Assembly: GCA_964559755.1 (NCBI GenBank)
Contig: CAZLHP010000005.1
Location: forward strand, 10,901-69,467
Length of the DNA: 58,567 bases
Direction: 5' to 3'
Origin: an uncultured Candidatus Saccharibacteria bacterium
GTDB lineage: Bacteria; Patescibacteriota; Minisyncoccia; Phycocordibacterales; UBA6065
In this document: positions 25,509 to 34,506 of the stretch, piece after piece
Layout: each line of letters starts with the position of its first letter
Numbering within the stretch: the stretch's first letter is position 1
Program-made: the position numbers and the translations under genes
Notes under the pieces: model-generated
What the model was told of the DNA's origin: nothing
The model's database searches: none
Seen by the model: only the letters and a program-made list of their open reading frames with translations

Positions 25509-26489
25509 ATGTCTAACATTGTAGGAGATTCAGTTTTTTGGATAGAAACAGAAAAAATACACCCAAACCCGTATCAGCCTAGGAGGGATTTTGATCCTGC
25601 TGCACTCAAAGATCTTTCTGAGTCTATTCGTATGTACGGCGTGCTTCAACCGCTTGTGGTCACTCGTCAGGAAACACAAAAAGAAGACGGCGGTCTGGTT
25701 GTCGAGTACGAACTTATCTCTGGGGAACGCAGGCTTCGGGCATCACGTCTCGCTGGACTTCTCACGGTGCCTGCAATTATCAGAAGTGATGCTCAGGACG
25801 CACGTCTCAAGCTCGAGCTCGCTATTATAGAGAACCTACAACGTGAGGATCTCAATCCTGTTGATCGTGCACGTTCATTTGATCGATTGGTTACTGAGTT
25901 TGACATGAAGCATGCTCAGGTCGCACTCAAAATAGGAAAGAGTAGGGAATACGTTTCAAATAGTTTGCGTCTCTTGGGATTGCCCGAGTATATTCTCCAA
26001 GCCTTGTCTGAAGGAAAAATTACTGAGGGTCATGCTCGTCCCCTAATGATGTTGTGTGATAGGCCAGATGAACAATCAACGTTGTTTAAAGAAATTGTTT
26101 TCAAGAAACTTACCGTTCGTGAGACCGAAGGTATTGCCCGTAGGATTGCGGTTGAGAAAGTACGAAAGGTAGAGCGCAAATTTGATCCCGAAATAGTTGA
26201 GCTTGAAAACAAGGTGTCTCAATCTCTTGGTACGAGAGTTGCAATCGAGCACAAACAGCAGGGAGGAAAAATAACCATTAGTTTCTTTTCAGATGATGAT
26301 TTGAAAAACTTGCTTGGTATTATTACCTCTACGTCTGTTTCAAAAGCAGAAAAAGACAGCGCAAAAGCCATGGCGGAAGTCAGTGCTATAAACGAGAGCG
26401 CTACTCCACTGGATGATCGTCCAAAAGAAGAACAAAAGGCTGACGAGGATGATGGTGAACTCTATTCCCTCAAAAACTTCACTGTTTAA
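25509..26489 (+). CDS. parB: ParB/Spo0J-family partition protein with an acidic C-terminal tail
   Basis: The protein shows IHPNPYQPRRDFD...L..L..SI...GVLQPLVV, a GERRLRASRLAGL box and an HTH region. The ATG at 25509 is preferred, because the track ORF extension crosses tRNA-Leu. No parA gene is adjacent. Confidence 0.85.
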   Translation: MSNIVGDSVFWIETEKIHPNPYQPRRDFDPAALKDLSESIRMYGVLQPLVVTRQETQKEDGGLVVEYELISGERRLRASRLAGLLTVPAIIRSDAQDARLKLELAIIENLQREDLNPVDRARSFDRLVTEFDMKHAQVALKIGKSREYVSNSLRLLGLPEYILQALSEGKITEGHARPLMMLCDRPDEQSTLFKEIVFKKLTVRETEGIARRIAVEKVRKVERKFDPEIVELENKVSQSLGTRVAIEHKQQGGKITISFFSDDDLKNLLGIITSTSVSKAEKDSAKAMAEVSAINESATPLDDRPKEEQKADEDDGELYSLKNFTV

Positions 26490-26492
26490 ACA

Positions 26493-26518
26493 TAAAACCA
26501 CCCGAGAGGGTGGTTTTA
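26493..26518. terminator. Bidirectional terminator between parB and topA
   Basis: The hairpin is AAACCACCC-GAGA-GGGTGGTTT. Confidence 0.65.
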
Positions 26519-26520
26519 TG

Positions 26521-28761
26521 TTATTCGGCTTTTTTCTTTTTGGTGAAGCCTCTCGGTTTTTTTGGCTCTTTGATTATTTCGAGTGCTCGGTTGAGTTCGA
26601 TTGTATATACGTCGTCTGGTTTTTTTACTGATCTGAAATCTTTATCGTGTACAACATACGGGCCAAATCTTCCTATGTTCGCAGTAATGGTCTTTCCCGT
26701 GTCAGGATGCGTTCCGAGGGTGCGGGGGAGCGTGAGGAGGTGTACAGACTGTTCTAGTGTTATCCCCGCAGGATCTATCTCTTTTGGAATAGACGCCATT
26801 TTTGCTTTTTGTGGCTGAATTTCTTCTGTTGGTTCTACTCCTTCTGTCTTTTTCTTCTTTCGTTTTGGAGGGGCTTTGACGGTTTCTCCCATTTGTACGT
26901 ACGGACCATAGCGCCCCGTCTTTACCGTGATCGGCAGACCTGTTTCTGGGTGATTTCCAACAACTCGGTCTTTAGGAACTTCGCTCCCATCGAGCATAAG
27001 CGCTCCGTCACAATCAGGATAACGAGAGCAGGAGAGGAATTTTCCAGCACGTCCCAGTTTGATAACCATAGAACTTCCACACTTTGGACACGTCATGTGT
27101 GCGGGAGCATCTCCGAGAGTTGTTGCCTTGTCGAGCTTGTCTTTGAGTTTTACCTCTTTGAGGAAGGGTTTATAAAATTCTGAAAGTGTTTTTTCGTATG
27201 TTCGCTTTCCTTCTGCGATAGCGTCGAGCTTGTCTTCCATTTCAGCGGTAAAGGTGTCGCTGATGTAGTCTTTGAAGTTGTCTTCGAGGAATGAAGAAAC
27301 CACATCACCCGTATCTGTTGGTTTGAGTGAGCGTCCTTCTTTTTCTACATACCCGCGTGTTTCAATAGTGCGAATAATAGAAGCGTAGGTTGAAGGTCGT
27401 CCGATACCTCGAGTTTCGAGTTCTTTTACGAGGCCGGCTTCGGTATAGCGTGGTGGTGGTTCGGTTTGTTTTTCTTCGGTACGTACATCAAGCACATGCA
27501 GTTTTTCTCCCTTTGTTACTTTTGGAAGTTCTACTTCTTCTCCACGGGACAATATATCAGCAGAGAGCCATCCTAAAGAGAGCATGCGTGAACCATTTGC
27601 TTGAAATGATGGAATTGTCTCTTTTTCTGTTGAAGCGGTTATTTTTGTTCGGAGTATTTTTGCATCAGCCATCTGAGAAGAGATAGTGCGCGCCCAGATG
27701 AGAGCGTAGAGTTTTTGTTGTTCAGGATTTGCTCCTGCTTTTTCTACTTCTGCGTGTGTTGGACGAATCGCTTCGTGTGCTTCCTGCGCGTTCTTTGATT
27801 TGGTTGCGTATGTCTGAAGCGCTACGAGTTCTTTTCCGTATTTTTTTGTAATTACACTCGCGATGCTCGTTACTGCTTGTGCGCTGAGGTTTGTGGAGTC
27901 TGTACGCATGTAGGTAATGAGACCCGCTTCATAGAGACGCTGTGCAACCTGCATAGTTCGTGAAGGTGAGAAGCCGAGGCGAGAGCTCGCTGTTTGTTGT
28001 AGTGTGGATGTGGTAAAGGGAGCGCGAGGAGATCTCTTTGTTTCGCTTTCTTCAACGCTAGTGATTATCCACGGCTCTGCCTTTCCACGTAGAACAATGT
28101 CGTCTACTTGTTTTTTATCACGAGGCTCAACCGAACATTCGAGAGGAAGAGAATCTTTTTTCTGTGTTTTGGTATCCGCAGTAATACGCCAAAATGTTTC
28201 TGGTTTGAATGCTCTGATTTCACGCTCGCGTTCCATGATGATACGTAGAGCAGGGGACTGCACACGACCTGCTGAGAGGCCGTAGCGTACTTTTTTCCAT
28301 ATAATCCCCGAAAGGTCATAACCTACGAGCCTGTCGAGCACACGGCGGGCTTCCTGTGCTTCCTTGAGGTTTTCATCGATAGCGCGAGGATGTTTGAGCG
28401 CTTCAATAATGGCGTCCTTGGTGATTTCGTGGAACGCAACGCGTTTTACGTTTTTTCCTTTGAAACCACACGCCTCAGCAATATGCCATGCGATTGCTTC
28501 TCCTTCTCGGTCGGGGTCGGTTGCGAGGAGTACTTCGTCCGCCTTTTTTGCTAGCGACATAATTTCGGCGAGTACCTTTTCTTTTCCTGCGGACACTTCG
28601 TAGTGGGGAACAAAACCCGCCTCTATATCAATTGCTTTTTTGTTTGACTTTGGTAGGTCACGCACATGTCCTATGGATGCGACGACAGTGTATTCGCCAC
28701 CGAGGTATTTGCCGATTGTTTTTGCTTTTGCTGGTGACTCAACGATGAGTAGTTTTGACAT
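26521..28761 (-). CDS. topA: DNA topoisomerase I
   Basis: The TOPRIM start MSKLLIVESPAKAKTIGKYLG is present, with the active-site region ITYMRTDST and a C-terminal zinc ribbon CPKCGSSMVIKLGRAGKFLSCSRYPDC. The ATG at 28761 is preferred. Confidence 0.95.
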   Translation of the reverse strand: MSKLLIVESPAKAKTIGKYLGGEYTVVASIGHVRDLPKSNKKAIDIEAGFVPHYEVSAGKEKVLAEIMSLAKKADEVLLATDPDREGEAIAWHIAEACGFKGKNVKRVAFHEITKDAIIEALKHPRAIDENLKEAQEARRVLDRLVGYDLSGIIWKKVRYGLSAGRVQSPALRIIMEREREIRAFKPETFWRITADTKTQKKDSLPLECSVEPRDKKQVDDIVLRGKAEPWIITSVEESETKRSPRAPFTTSTLQQTASSRLGFSPSRTMQVAQRLYEAGLITYMRTDSTNLSAQAVTSIASVITKKYGKELVALQTYATKSKNAQEAHEAIRPTHAEVEKAGANPEQQKLYALIWARTISSQMADAKILRTKITASTEKETIPSFQANGSRMLSLGWLSADILSRGEEVELPKVTKGEKLHVLDVRTEEKQTEPPPRYTEAGLVKELETRGIGRPSTYASIIRTIETRGYVEKEGRSLKPTDTGDVVSSFLEDNFKDYISDTFTAEMEDKLDAIAEGKRTYEKTLSEFYKPFLKEVKLKDKLDKATTLGDAPAHMTCPKCGSSMVIKLGRAGKFLSCSRYPDCDGALMLDGSEVPKDRVVGNHPETGLPITVKTGRYGPYVQMGETVKAPPKRKKKKTEGVEPTEEIQPQKAKMASIPKEIDPAGITLEQSVHLLTLPRTLGTHPDTGKTITANIGRFGPYVVHDKDFRSVKKPDDVYTIELNRALEIIKEPKKPRGFTKKKKAE

Positions 28762-28821
28762 AGTGTTGTAGTGAGTATTACACGAAAGGTTTTTTCTTTG
28801 CAAACTGTGGACTATTTTTTG

Positions 28822-28857
28822 TAATAAAAAAGACCGAGATTTTGTATCTCGGTCTTT
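28822..28857 (-). terminator. Terminator between the 28862-29284 gene and topA
   Basis: The minus strand reads AAGACCGAGAT-ACAAA-ATCTCGGTCTT followed by TTTTTATTAC. Confidence 0.65.
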
Positions 28858-28861
28858 TGAA

Positions 28862-29284
28862 TTACGCAGGCTTTTTGATGACGGCAAAGCCTAAGAGTTC
28901 GCGCTCTTTTTTCTGGTACTCGATAACTGCTGGTTTGTTATCGACGATTACCACAACTGAGGTGAACGGATTAAGAAGGCTTGGATCAATTGCAAGTGCT
29001 TTGTCCAGTTCTTCTTTTGATATAGGTCTTGATCCTGTACGTTTGAGTTTGTTCACCAGGTTTTCTATTTCCTTAGGTTTATCTTTCGATAGTGACCTAG
29101 TAGGATCATAGAGAACGTAGAGTACAGTCTTTTCATCTAAGAGTACACAACGGAATTCTGGTAAATAATAGAATGCGTCTCTTTGGCTGATTGAGATGTA
29201 TCCGATAACGAAAATTAACAGGATGATAAGTCCGCAAACGAGGAACAGCTTGGGTTCCATGAAGGCGAGGATGTGAGTGTGCAT
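28862..29284 (-). CDS. Hypothetical membrane-anchored protein
   Basis: It has a single N-terminal TM helix (LFLVCGLIILLIFVIGYISI). It sits between dprA and topA. No motif was recognised. Confidence 0.5.
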   Translation of the reverse strand: MHTHILAFMEPKLFLVCGLIILLIFVIGYISISQRDAFYYLPEFRCVLLDEKTVLYVLYDPTRSLSKDKPKEIENLVNKLKRTGSRPISKEELDKALAIDPSLLNPFTSVVVIVDNKPAVIEYQKKERELLGFAVIKKPA

Positions 29285-29326
29285 ACTTCACATACAATAC
29301 AACTCTTATTTAATATAGTCAATATC

Positions 29327-30184
29327 TCAGGCTCTGTAGATTTTTCCTAAGGATTCATAAACAATTCCCTTTATTTCGAGAAGAGAAATAGTTGACGCGA
29401 GCTCGCTTGGTTCAAGCGAGGTTTTAAGAGAGAGTTCTTCTCGTGCCAGGGGTAATTCGAGCGCCTCGATCACCATTCTCTCTGCTTCTGAGAAGGTTTG
29501 TAAGTCGAGGTAACTATTTTTTTCTTGTGCATCAAAACCGAGTGCTTGTATGAGGTCGTCGGGACTAGTGATAGGAGTTGCGCCGAGACGTATGAGCATG
29601 TGAGGGCCTGCCGAGTTTGAAGAAAAAATAGAACCAGGTACCGCATATACATCGCGATTGAAATCCGTTGCATATTTTGACGTTATAAGTGTTCCTGATT
29701 TTATTTCTGCTTCGATGACGAGTACTGCGTGTGAAAGTCCTGCCATGATTCTGTTACGTTGAGGAAAGCTCCACGGTGTCGCTTTGAATGTCGGTTCAAA
29801 TTCAGAGATGAGACATCCACCGGATTCGATAATGCGCCTCGCGAGTTGCCTGTGATTTCGAGGATAGAGAACACTGTCATCAAGTCCTGATCCAGGAACT
29901 GCAACGGTAGGTATGTTTTGTGCGAGAGCTTCTTCATGCGCTATTGAGTCTATACCAAAGGCGAGTCCCGAGACGATAACAACAGGGAACCCACGCAGTC
30001 CGCGTATGAGTGTTTGGCAAACGTTTTTGCCATACGGAGTGTATGACCTCGACCCGACAATAGTGAGAAAACGATGCTCCTGCGAGGGTAGAGTTCCTCG
30101 TATATATATTTTTTTGGGCGGTTCAGGTATTTCTTTCAGTCGTTCCGGAAAATCGTGCTGTCCGATTTCTCGTATGGAATTCAT
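29327..30184 (-). CDS. dprA: DNA-processing protein DprA
   Basis: The DprA Rossmann core is present: TIVGSRSYTPYG........L......VIVSGLAFGIDSIAHEEAL....TVAVPGSGLD..YP..H..LA..I...GG.LISEF. Confidence 0.85.
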   Translation of the reverse strand: MNSIREIGQHDFPERLKEIPEPPKKIYIRGTLPSQEHRFLTIVGSRSYTPYGKNVCQTLIRGLRGFPVVIVSGLAFGIDSIAHEEALAQNIPTVAVPGSGLDDSVLYPRNHRQLARRIIESGGCLISEFEPTFKATPWSFPQRNRIMAGLSHAVLVIEAEIKSGTLITSKYATDFNRDVYAVPGSIFSSNSAGPHMLIRLGATPITSPDDLIQALGFDAQEKNSYLDLQTFSEAERMVIEALELPLAREELSLKTSLEPSELASTISLLEIKGIVYESLGKIYRA

Positions 30185-30263
30185 GTCAAAGTCATTGTAT
30201 CATGTGTATTAGTCTAATCATTTGGTCGCAGAAAGGTTTGCTTTTCATGTAATCTATATATGT

Positions 30264-31523
30264 ATGCTTGATATTAAATTTATTCGAGACAACAAAGACA
30301 TTATTGCCCTCGGTGCAAAAAAGAAGCACGTCGTTTTTGACGTAAATGTACTCATTGGTGTTGATGATAAACGCAAAGAGTTGCTCACCTCGATTGAGAA
30401 AAAGAGAGCTGAACAAAACAAAGTGAGCGAAACCATAGCCACCTCTCCTAATAAGGGTGAGATTTTGGACACAATGAGAGTTCTCAAAGCTGAGCTTCAG
30501 AAAGAAGAGGAAGAGTTGAAAACCGTCATGAAAGAATGGCAGACGCTCATGCTTCAGGTTCCTAATATTCCTGATATGTCTGTTCCCGACGGTGCGAGTG
30601 ACGCCGAGAATCTCGAAGTCAAAACATGGGGAGATAAAACCGCTTTTTCTTTTGAACCAAAAGATCATCTCGAAATCATGCAAAATCTCGGTATGGTTGA
30701 TTTTGAGCGTGGCGCAAAGGTGCACGGTTTTCGTGGATATTTTTTGACAGGTGCGGGCGCACAACTTTCTTTTGCTATTTGGAGCTATGCAATGCAATTT
30801 TTCTCAGCGCGTGGATTTGTGCCTGTTATCCCTCCTGTGATTGTTCGTAAGCAAAATCTCTACGGCACAGCGCATCTTCCGGGTGATGTTGAGGATTTTT
30901 ATACTACTCAGGACGGTGATGTGCTCGCTGGTACTGCCGAGGTTCCTCTCATGGCTCTCCATTCCGAAGAAACTCTCGATGCAAAAAAATTCCCTATAAA
31001 GTATTTAGGTTTTTCTCCGTGTTTTAGACGTGAGGCGGGAAGCCACAGCAAAGACGTCAAAGGCCTCATTCGTGTTCATGAGTTTTATAAACTCGAACAA
31101 GTCATTTTGTGTGAAGCGAGTCATGAGACATCGGTACGTCTCCATGATGAGCTCAACAAAAACACCGAAGAGTTTATCGAGTCTCTCGGTATTCCGTATC
31201 ACACCGTTATAAACTGCGGTGGTGATTTGGGATTGGGTCAGGTCAAGAAATACGATATTGAACTTTGGGTCCCTAAAGAGGGTCGTTATCGAGAAATTTC
31301 TTCAGCATCCTATTTCCACGATTTTCAGACTCGTCGTTTTAACATCCGCTACAAAGATGCAGAGGGTAAACTTCGCTATGCGCACTCTCTCAACTGCACC
31401 GCTATTCCAACTCCACGTATTCTCGTTTCTCTCGTCGAAAATAATCAGCAGGCAGATGGATCAGTCGTTATTCCTCCTGTTTTGCGTCCCTTCTTTGGTG
31501 GTGATGTGATAAAGAAAGACTAA
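30264..31523 (+). CDS. serS: Seryl-tRNA synthetase
   Basis: It begins MLDIKFIRDN and has an N-terminal coiled-coil arm. Class II motifs are present (FRREAGSHSKDVKGLIRVHEF.K.E; RYREISSASYFHDFQTRR; NCTAIPTPRILVSLVENNQ). Confidence 0.95.
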   Translation: MLDIKFIRDNKDIIALGAKKKHVVFDVNVLIGVDDKRKELLTSIEKKRAEQNKVSETIATSPNKGEILDTMRVLKAELQKEEEELKTVMKEWQTLMLQVPNIPDMSVPDGASDAENLEVKTWGDKTAFSFEPKDHLEIMQNLGMVDFERGAKVHGFRGYFLTGAGAQLSFAIWSYAMQFFSARGFVPVIPPVIVRKQNLYGTAHLPGDVEDFYTTQDGDVLAGTAEVPLMALHSEETLDAKKFPIKYLGFSPCFRREAGSHSKDVKGLIRVHEFYKLEQVILCEASHETSVRLHDELNKNTEEFIESLGIPYHTVINCGGDLGLGQVKKYDIELWVPKEGRYREISSASYFHDFQTRRFNIRYKDAEGKLRYAHSLNCTAIPTPRILVSLVENNQQADGSVVIPPVLRPFFGGDVIKKD

Positions 31524-31529
31524 ACGCCT

Positions 31530-32360
31530 ATGGCTCGCTCCCACGTACGAGTGCATGGTCAGCAAAAAATAAAAGCACGCAGAAACAAGAAACGTGTTCT
31601 GGTTTCGCTTTTGGTTTTTGTACTCGTGAGCGCGGGAATCTCAGGTATTTCTTTCCTTTCTTTTTTGCCGAGTATGACGATTCGTACAGTGACGGTGTCT
31701 TCAGTGTTTGATTCTCACGAAAAGATTCAATCGTATGCGTATGAACAGCTCGCAAAAAATAGAGCATGGTTTTTTTCTGGTAAGAACTCTTTTTTGTATG
31801 CTGGTTCGGCATTGCGAGAGGGAATTGCAGAGGCATTTCCCGAAGTGCGTGATGTTTCAATAAAACGTTCTGGCCTCGGAGCACTCGTTATTTCTGGTGT
31901 ACCTCGTACGCCTCATGCTCTCTGGTGTGCTGACGTTGATACCTGTGTCGGGCTTGATGAGTCAGGTTTTGCTTTTGCTTTGTCTTCTCGTGATGATGAT
32001 TCGTATGTTCATTTTTATACCCAAGGTTCCACTACACCCGAGGCAGGTTTCTATATCACGCAATCAAGTGATTTCAAGACAACACTCTTTTTTGTTCAAG
32101 AGCTCAAAACGCTCGGTTTGTCTGTTCATAAAGTGATATACAAGAATGATTCAGAACTTCACATAGTATTTAGTGAAGGAGGCACACTTATTATTGATCC
32201 TCGAGATGACTTGTCGCGTATAAAAGTACGTATCGAAGCTTTGATAGAAGATAGAGATATTGCTTTCGCGACACCTACCTTTATGAAGGCCCTCGATTAC
32301 ATTGATATGCGCTACGGTTCAAAACTGGTCTATAGAATGAAAGACGGAACCATTCGATAG
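31530..32360 (+). CDS. FtsQ/DivIB-like (POTRA-containing) cell-division protein, tentative
   Basis: It has a basic N-terminus, a single TM helix, then a segment beginning IRTVTVSS... with POTRA-like topology. The call rests on architecture and size only. Confidence 0.4.
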   Translation: MARSHVRVHGQQKIKARRNKKRVLVSLLVFVLVSAGISGISFLSFLPSMTIRTVTVSSVFDSHEKIQSYAYEQLAKNRAWFFSGKNSFLYAGSALREGIAEAFPEVRDVSIKRSGLGALVISGVPRTPHALWCADVDTCVGLDESGFAFALSSRDDDSYVHFYTQGSTTPEAGFYITQSSDFKTTLFFVQELKTLGLSVHKVIYKNDSELHIVFSEGGTLIIDPRDDLSRIKVRIEALIEDRDIAFATPTFMKALDYIDMRYGSKLVYRMKDGTIR

Positions 32361-32389
32361 AAACATCCTGCGGTGTGTGTTAGTCTAAC

Positions 32390-33364
32390 GTGTCTATGTC
32401 TTCTTTTTGGAAAAAACTTAATAAGCCCTTTTTTGTTTTGGCGCCGATGGCTGATGTCACCGATGCTGCTTTTAGGCGTGTTATTGCCGAGCATGGAAAG
32501 CCTGATGTTACCTGGACTGAGTTTGTCTCCGCAGACGGACTCGTATCTCCGGGTAGGGCAGTGCTTCAAAAAGATTTGATGTACACAGAAGGCGAGCGAC
32601 CGATTGTTGCTCAGCTCTTTGGTTCACATCCAGAAAAAATGCGGGAAGCATCTCGTCTTGTCGCAGAGCTTGGCTTCGATGGTATTGATATCAACATGGG
32701 ATGTCCTGATCGTAGTATCGAAAAGCAGGGTGCGGGTGCTGCCATGATAAAGAATCCAAAGAAGGCACGTGAGATTATTCGTGCAGCACGGGAGGGAAGT
32801 ATCATTGCTGGGCGACCTCTCCCTATTTCAGTCAAAACGCGTATTGGTTATTCAAAAAATGAAATAGCCACATGGATACCCGAGCTCCTCTCTGAAGATA
32901 TCGCTGCTCTCACTATACATTGTCGTACACGCAAAGAGATGTCCCTCGTGCCTGCACGTTGGGAACACGTCCGTGAGGTTGTTGCTCTTCGCGACGCCAT
33001 GAAAAAAGATACGCTCATTATCGGAAACGGTGATGCTTTGAGTATTGCTGACGCACGTATCAAAGCAGAGGAGAGTGGTGCGGATGGTGTGATGCTTGGC
33101 CGAGCAATTTTTGGTACCCCGTGGTTGTTTAGTGAGAAAGTTGTTTCAGTAAAAGAAAAATTGCTCACCATGGCAAACCACACAGAGCTTTTTGAGAAAC
33201 TCCTCGGTGGTACAAAGAGTTTTGCGATCATGAAGAAACACTACAAGGCGTATGTGAATGGTTTTGATAGGGCAAAAGAATTACGTGTTCGTCTCATGGA
33301 GACAGAAAATGCACAGCAGGTGCGAGCTATTGTAGAGGATTATATTAAGGACACTCATCTCTAA
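32390..33364 (+). CDS. tRNA-dihydrouridine synthase (Dus family)
   Basis: The motifs LAPMADVTDAAFRR, DINMGCP and IPISVKTRIG, together with a TIM-barrel-sized body, support the call. Confidence 0.85.
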   Translation: MSMSSFWKKLNKPFFVLAPMADVTDAAFRRVIAEHGKPDVTWTEFVSADGLVSPGRAVLQKDLMYTEGERPIVAQLFGSHPEKMREASRLVAELGFDGIDINMGCPDRSIEKQGAGAAMIKNPKKAREIIRAAREGSIIAGRPLPISVKTRIGYSKNEIATWIPELLSEDIAALTIHCRTRKEMSLVPARWEHVREVVALRDAMKKDTLIIGNGDALSIADARIKAEESGADGVMLGRAIFGTPWLFSEKVVSVKEKLLTMANHTELFEKLLGGTKSFAIMKKHYKAYVNGFDRAKELRVRLMETENAQQVRAIVEDYIKDTHL

Positions 33365-33434
33365 AGACGCTTGTTAAAAATCCTTGAAATATAAGGGTTT
33401 TTTATAGATAGAGATATTTTCTAGGTAGAGATTG

Positions 33435-33462
33435 TTGACAATATTTTTGGATGTGCTATAAT
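33435..33462 (+). promoter_or_regulatory. Perfect-hexamer sigma70 promoter
   Basis: It reads TTGACA (33435-33440), a 16-nt spacer, then TATAAT (33457-33462). Confidence 0.7.
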
Positions 33463-33468
33463 TACATA

Positions 33469-33805
33469 GTAAACATTTAGTCATGTCATGTGACTAAATG
33501 ATCAGTTCACCAAAACCCGACCCAAAAAGAAAGGAGAATTGTTTGCCGGTGCACCCGTGAAAAACTCGAAACATCGTTTCGAATAAGTAATGGGCTCGTA
33601 GCTACTAAATTAAATTACCCATCGGAACATTCACCGAATAAAATACGCCCCAAACCCATTTCGGCCTTCTAAATACCCAGAACCCGTTTTATAGGAAGCA
33701 AGACTTCTAAGGAGAACGGGCCGGTAAAATCAAGTAAAAATTTAGTTAGGGTGACGGAGTTTCCACACTCGAACATCTTGCTTAGGCAAGATGTTCTTTT
33801 TTTTT
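33469..33805 (+). ncRNA. Candidate ~340-nt structured RNA, family unassigned
   Basis: It runs from the perfect promoter to an 11-bp-stem, 9-U terminator. It contains only trivial ORFs. Multiple hairpins are present (CATTTAGTCA/TGACTAAATG; TCGAAAC/GTTTCGA; ACCCGTT/AACGGG). Confidence 0.5.
33771..33805 (+). terminator. Strong rho-independent terminator
   Basis: The hairpin is GAACATCTTGC-TTAG-GCAAGATGTTC followed by TTTTTTTTT. Confidence 0.85.
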
Positions 33806-33814
33806 GTCAGAATA

Positions 33815-33842
33815 TTGACATTATTATATTTCGTGTTAATGT
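33815..33842 (+). promoter_or_regulatory. Sigma70-like promoter of the mini-ORF cassette
   Basis: It reads TTGACA (33815-33820), a 16-nt spacer, then TAATGT (33837-33842). Confidence 0.5.
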
Positions 33843-33896
33843 CCTTTTTAGGAGCCAGTCGCTGTTGTGACTGGCCGTAAACCATAGAAAGGAATT

Positions 33897-33935
33897 ATGC
33901 CAAGGAAAAAAAAGAGAACCACTAAGAAAAAGTGA
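33897..33935 (+). CDS. 12-codon polybasic mini-ORF (MPRKKKRTTKKK), a possible leader peptide
   Basis: The ATG is preceded by GAAAGGAA. The ORF contains an A8 run (33906-33913). It lies between its own promoter and a strong terminator. Confidence 0.3.
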   Translation: MPRKKKRTTKKK

Positions 33936-33952
33936 TGATTTCTCGGCGGCAA

Positions 33953-33992
33953 GAGCCTGTCTCCGTATGGAGACAGGCTCGATTTATTTTTT
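33953..33992 (+). terminator. Terminator or attenuator after the mini-ORF
   Basis: The hairpin is GAGCCTGTCTCC-GTAT-GGAGACAGGCTC followed by GATTTATTTTTT. Confidence 0.8.
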
Positions 33993-34032
33993 CTGCAAAA
34001 ACGGTGTAGAGTACATGGTGAGCGTACATTTT

Positions 34033-34416
34033 ATGGCTACTAAAAAAATAATCCCCCTGAAAGAGACGTGGTATATCTACGCAATCAGTTCGAATTTGAT
34101 TGCTGAACTGTCTGGCGATTCGGTAGAGGCAGCAGAACGTTACAACATGGAATGTCTGCACCGAGGTAATGTTCGGGTCAGGAAAAATCTCTATGAGGTT
34201 CCTGAGCATGTGGCAAATGCTGTGTATACAAGGAGAAATGATTTTCATTTTATCTTGTACAAGCAGGTAGAAGGGTCACTCCCTCGTTTTGTGTGTGAAA
34301 ATTTTCCTCGTCCGCCTAAGGATCCCTTCAAGAAACACGTGAGAAATCTCAAGAAGGGTGTTATCAAAGGATCTTCGCTTCTCAGGCGACAGAATCGAGA
34401 GAAAGCCCGAAGGTAA
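34033..34416 (+). CDS. Hypothetical 127-aa protein with a basic C-terminus
   Basis: The track start (33967) lies inside the terminator stem, so the ATG at 34033 (or 34015) is preferred. No motif was recognised. Its own strong terminator follows. Confidence 0.5.
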   Translation: MATKKIIPLKETWYIYAISSNLIAELSGDSVEAAERYNMECLHRGNVRVRKNLYEVPEHVANAVYTRRNDFHFILYKQVEGSLPRFVCENFPRPPKDPFKKHVRNLKKGVIKGSSLLRRQNREKARR

Positions 34417-34421
34417 GTGTC

Positions 34422-34456
34422 AGGCCCCGTCAAAGACGGGGCCTTTTTTATTTTTG
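34422..34456 (+). terminator. Rho-independent terminator
   Basis: The hairpin is AGGCCCCGTC-AAA-GACGGGGCCT followed by TTTTTTATTTTT. Confidence 0.85.
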
Positions 34457-34506
34457 TGGGATATATGTTGCCATTTTTGACTCTTTAGGTTATGATGGTT
34501 TTTACT

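Noticed and set aside
24715-26489. The long N-terminal extensions of the track ORFs 24715..25341 (-) and 25053..26489 (+).
   Set aside because: Both extensions run across the tRNA-Leu gene and its terminator. Strong internal starts exist: AAGGAGGA-ATG at 25059, and the ParB start at 25509.
30192-30797. The 201-aa minus-strand ORF. The same applies to 36324..36854, 13615..13917 and the many 60-120-aa ORFs antisense to rpoB, rpoC, topA, groEL and others.
   Set aside because: They lie entirely antisense to or overlapping confidently identified genes. They have low-complexity or odd composition and no start signals, so they are typical shadow ORFs.
33967-34032. The track start (ATG at 33967) for the 34033-34416 gene.
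   Set aside because: That ATG lies inside the 12-bp terminator stem (GGAGACAGGCTC), so downstream in-frame ATGs (34015 or 34033) are more plausible.
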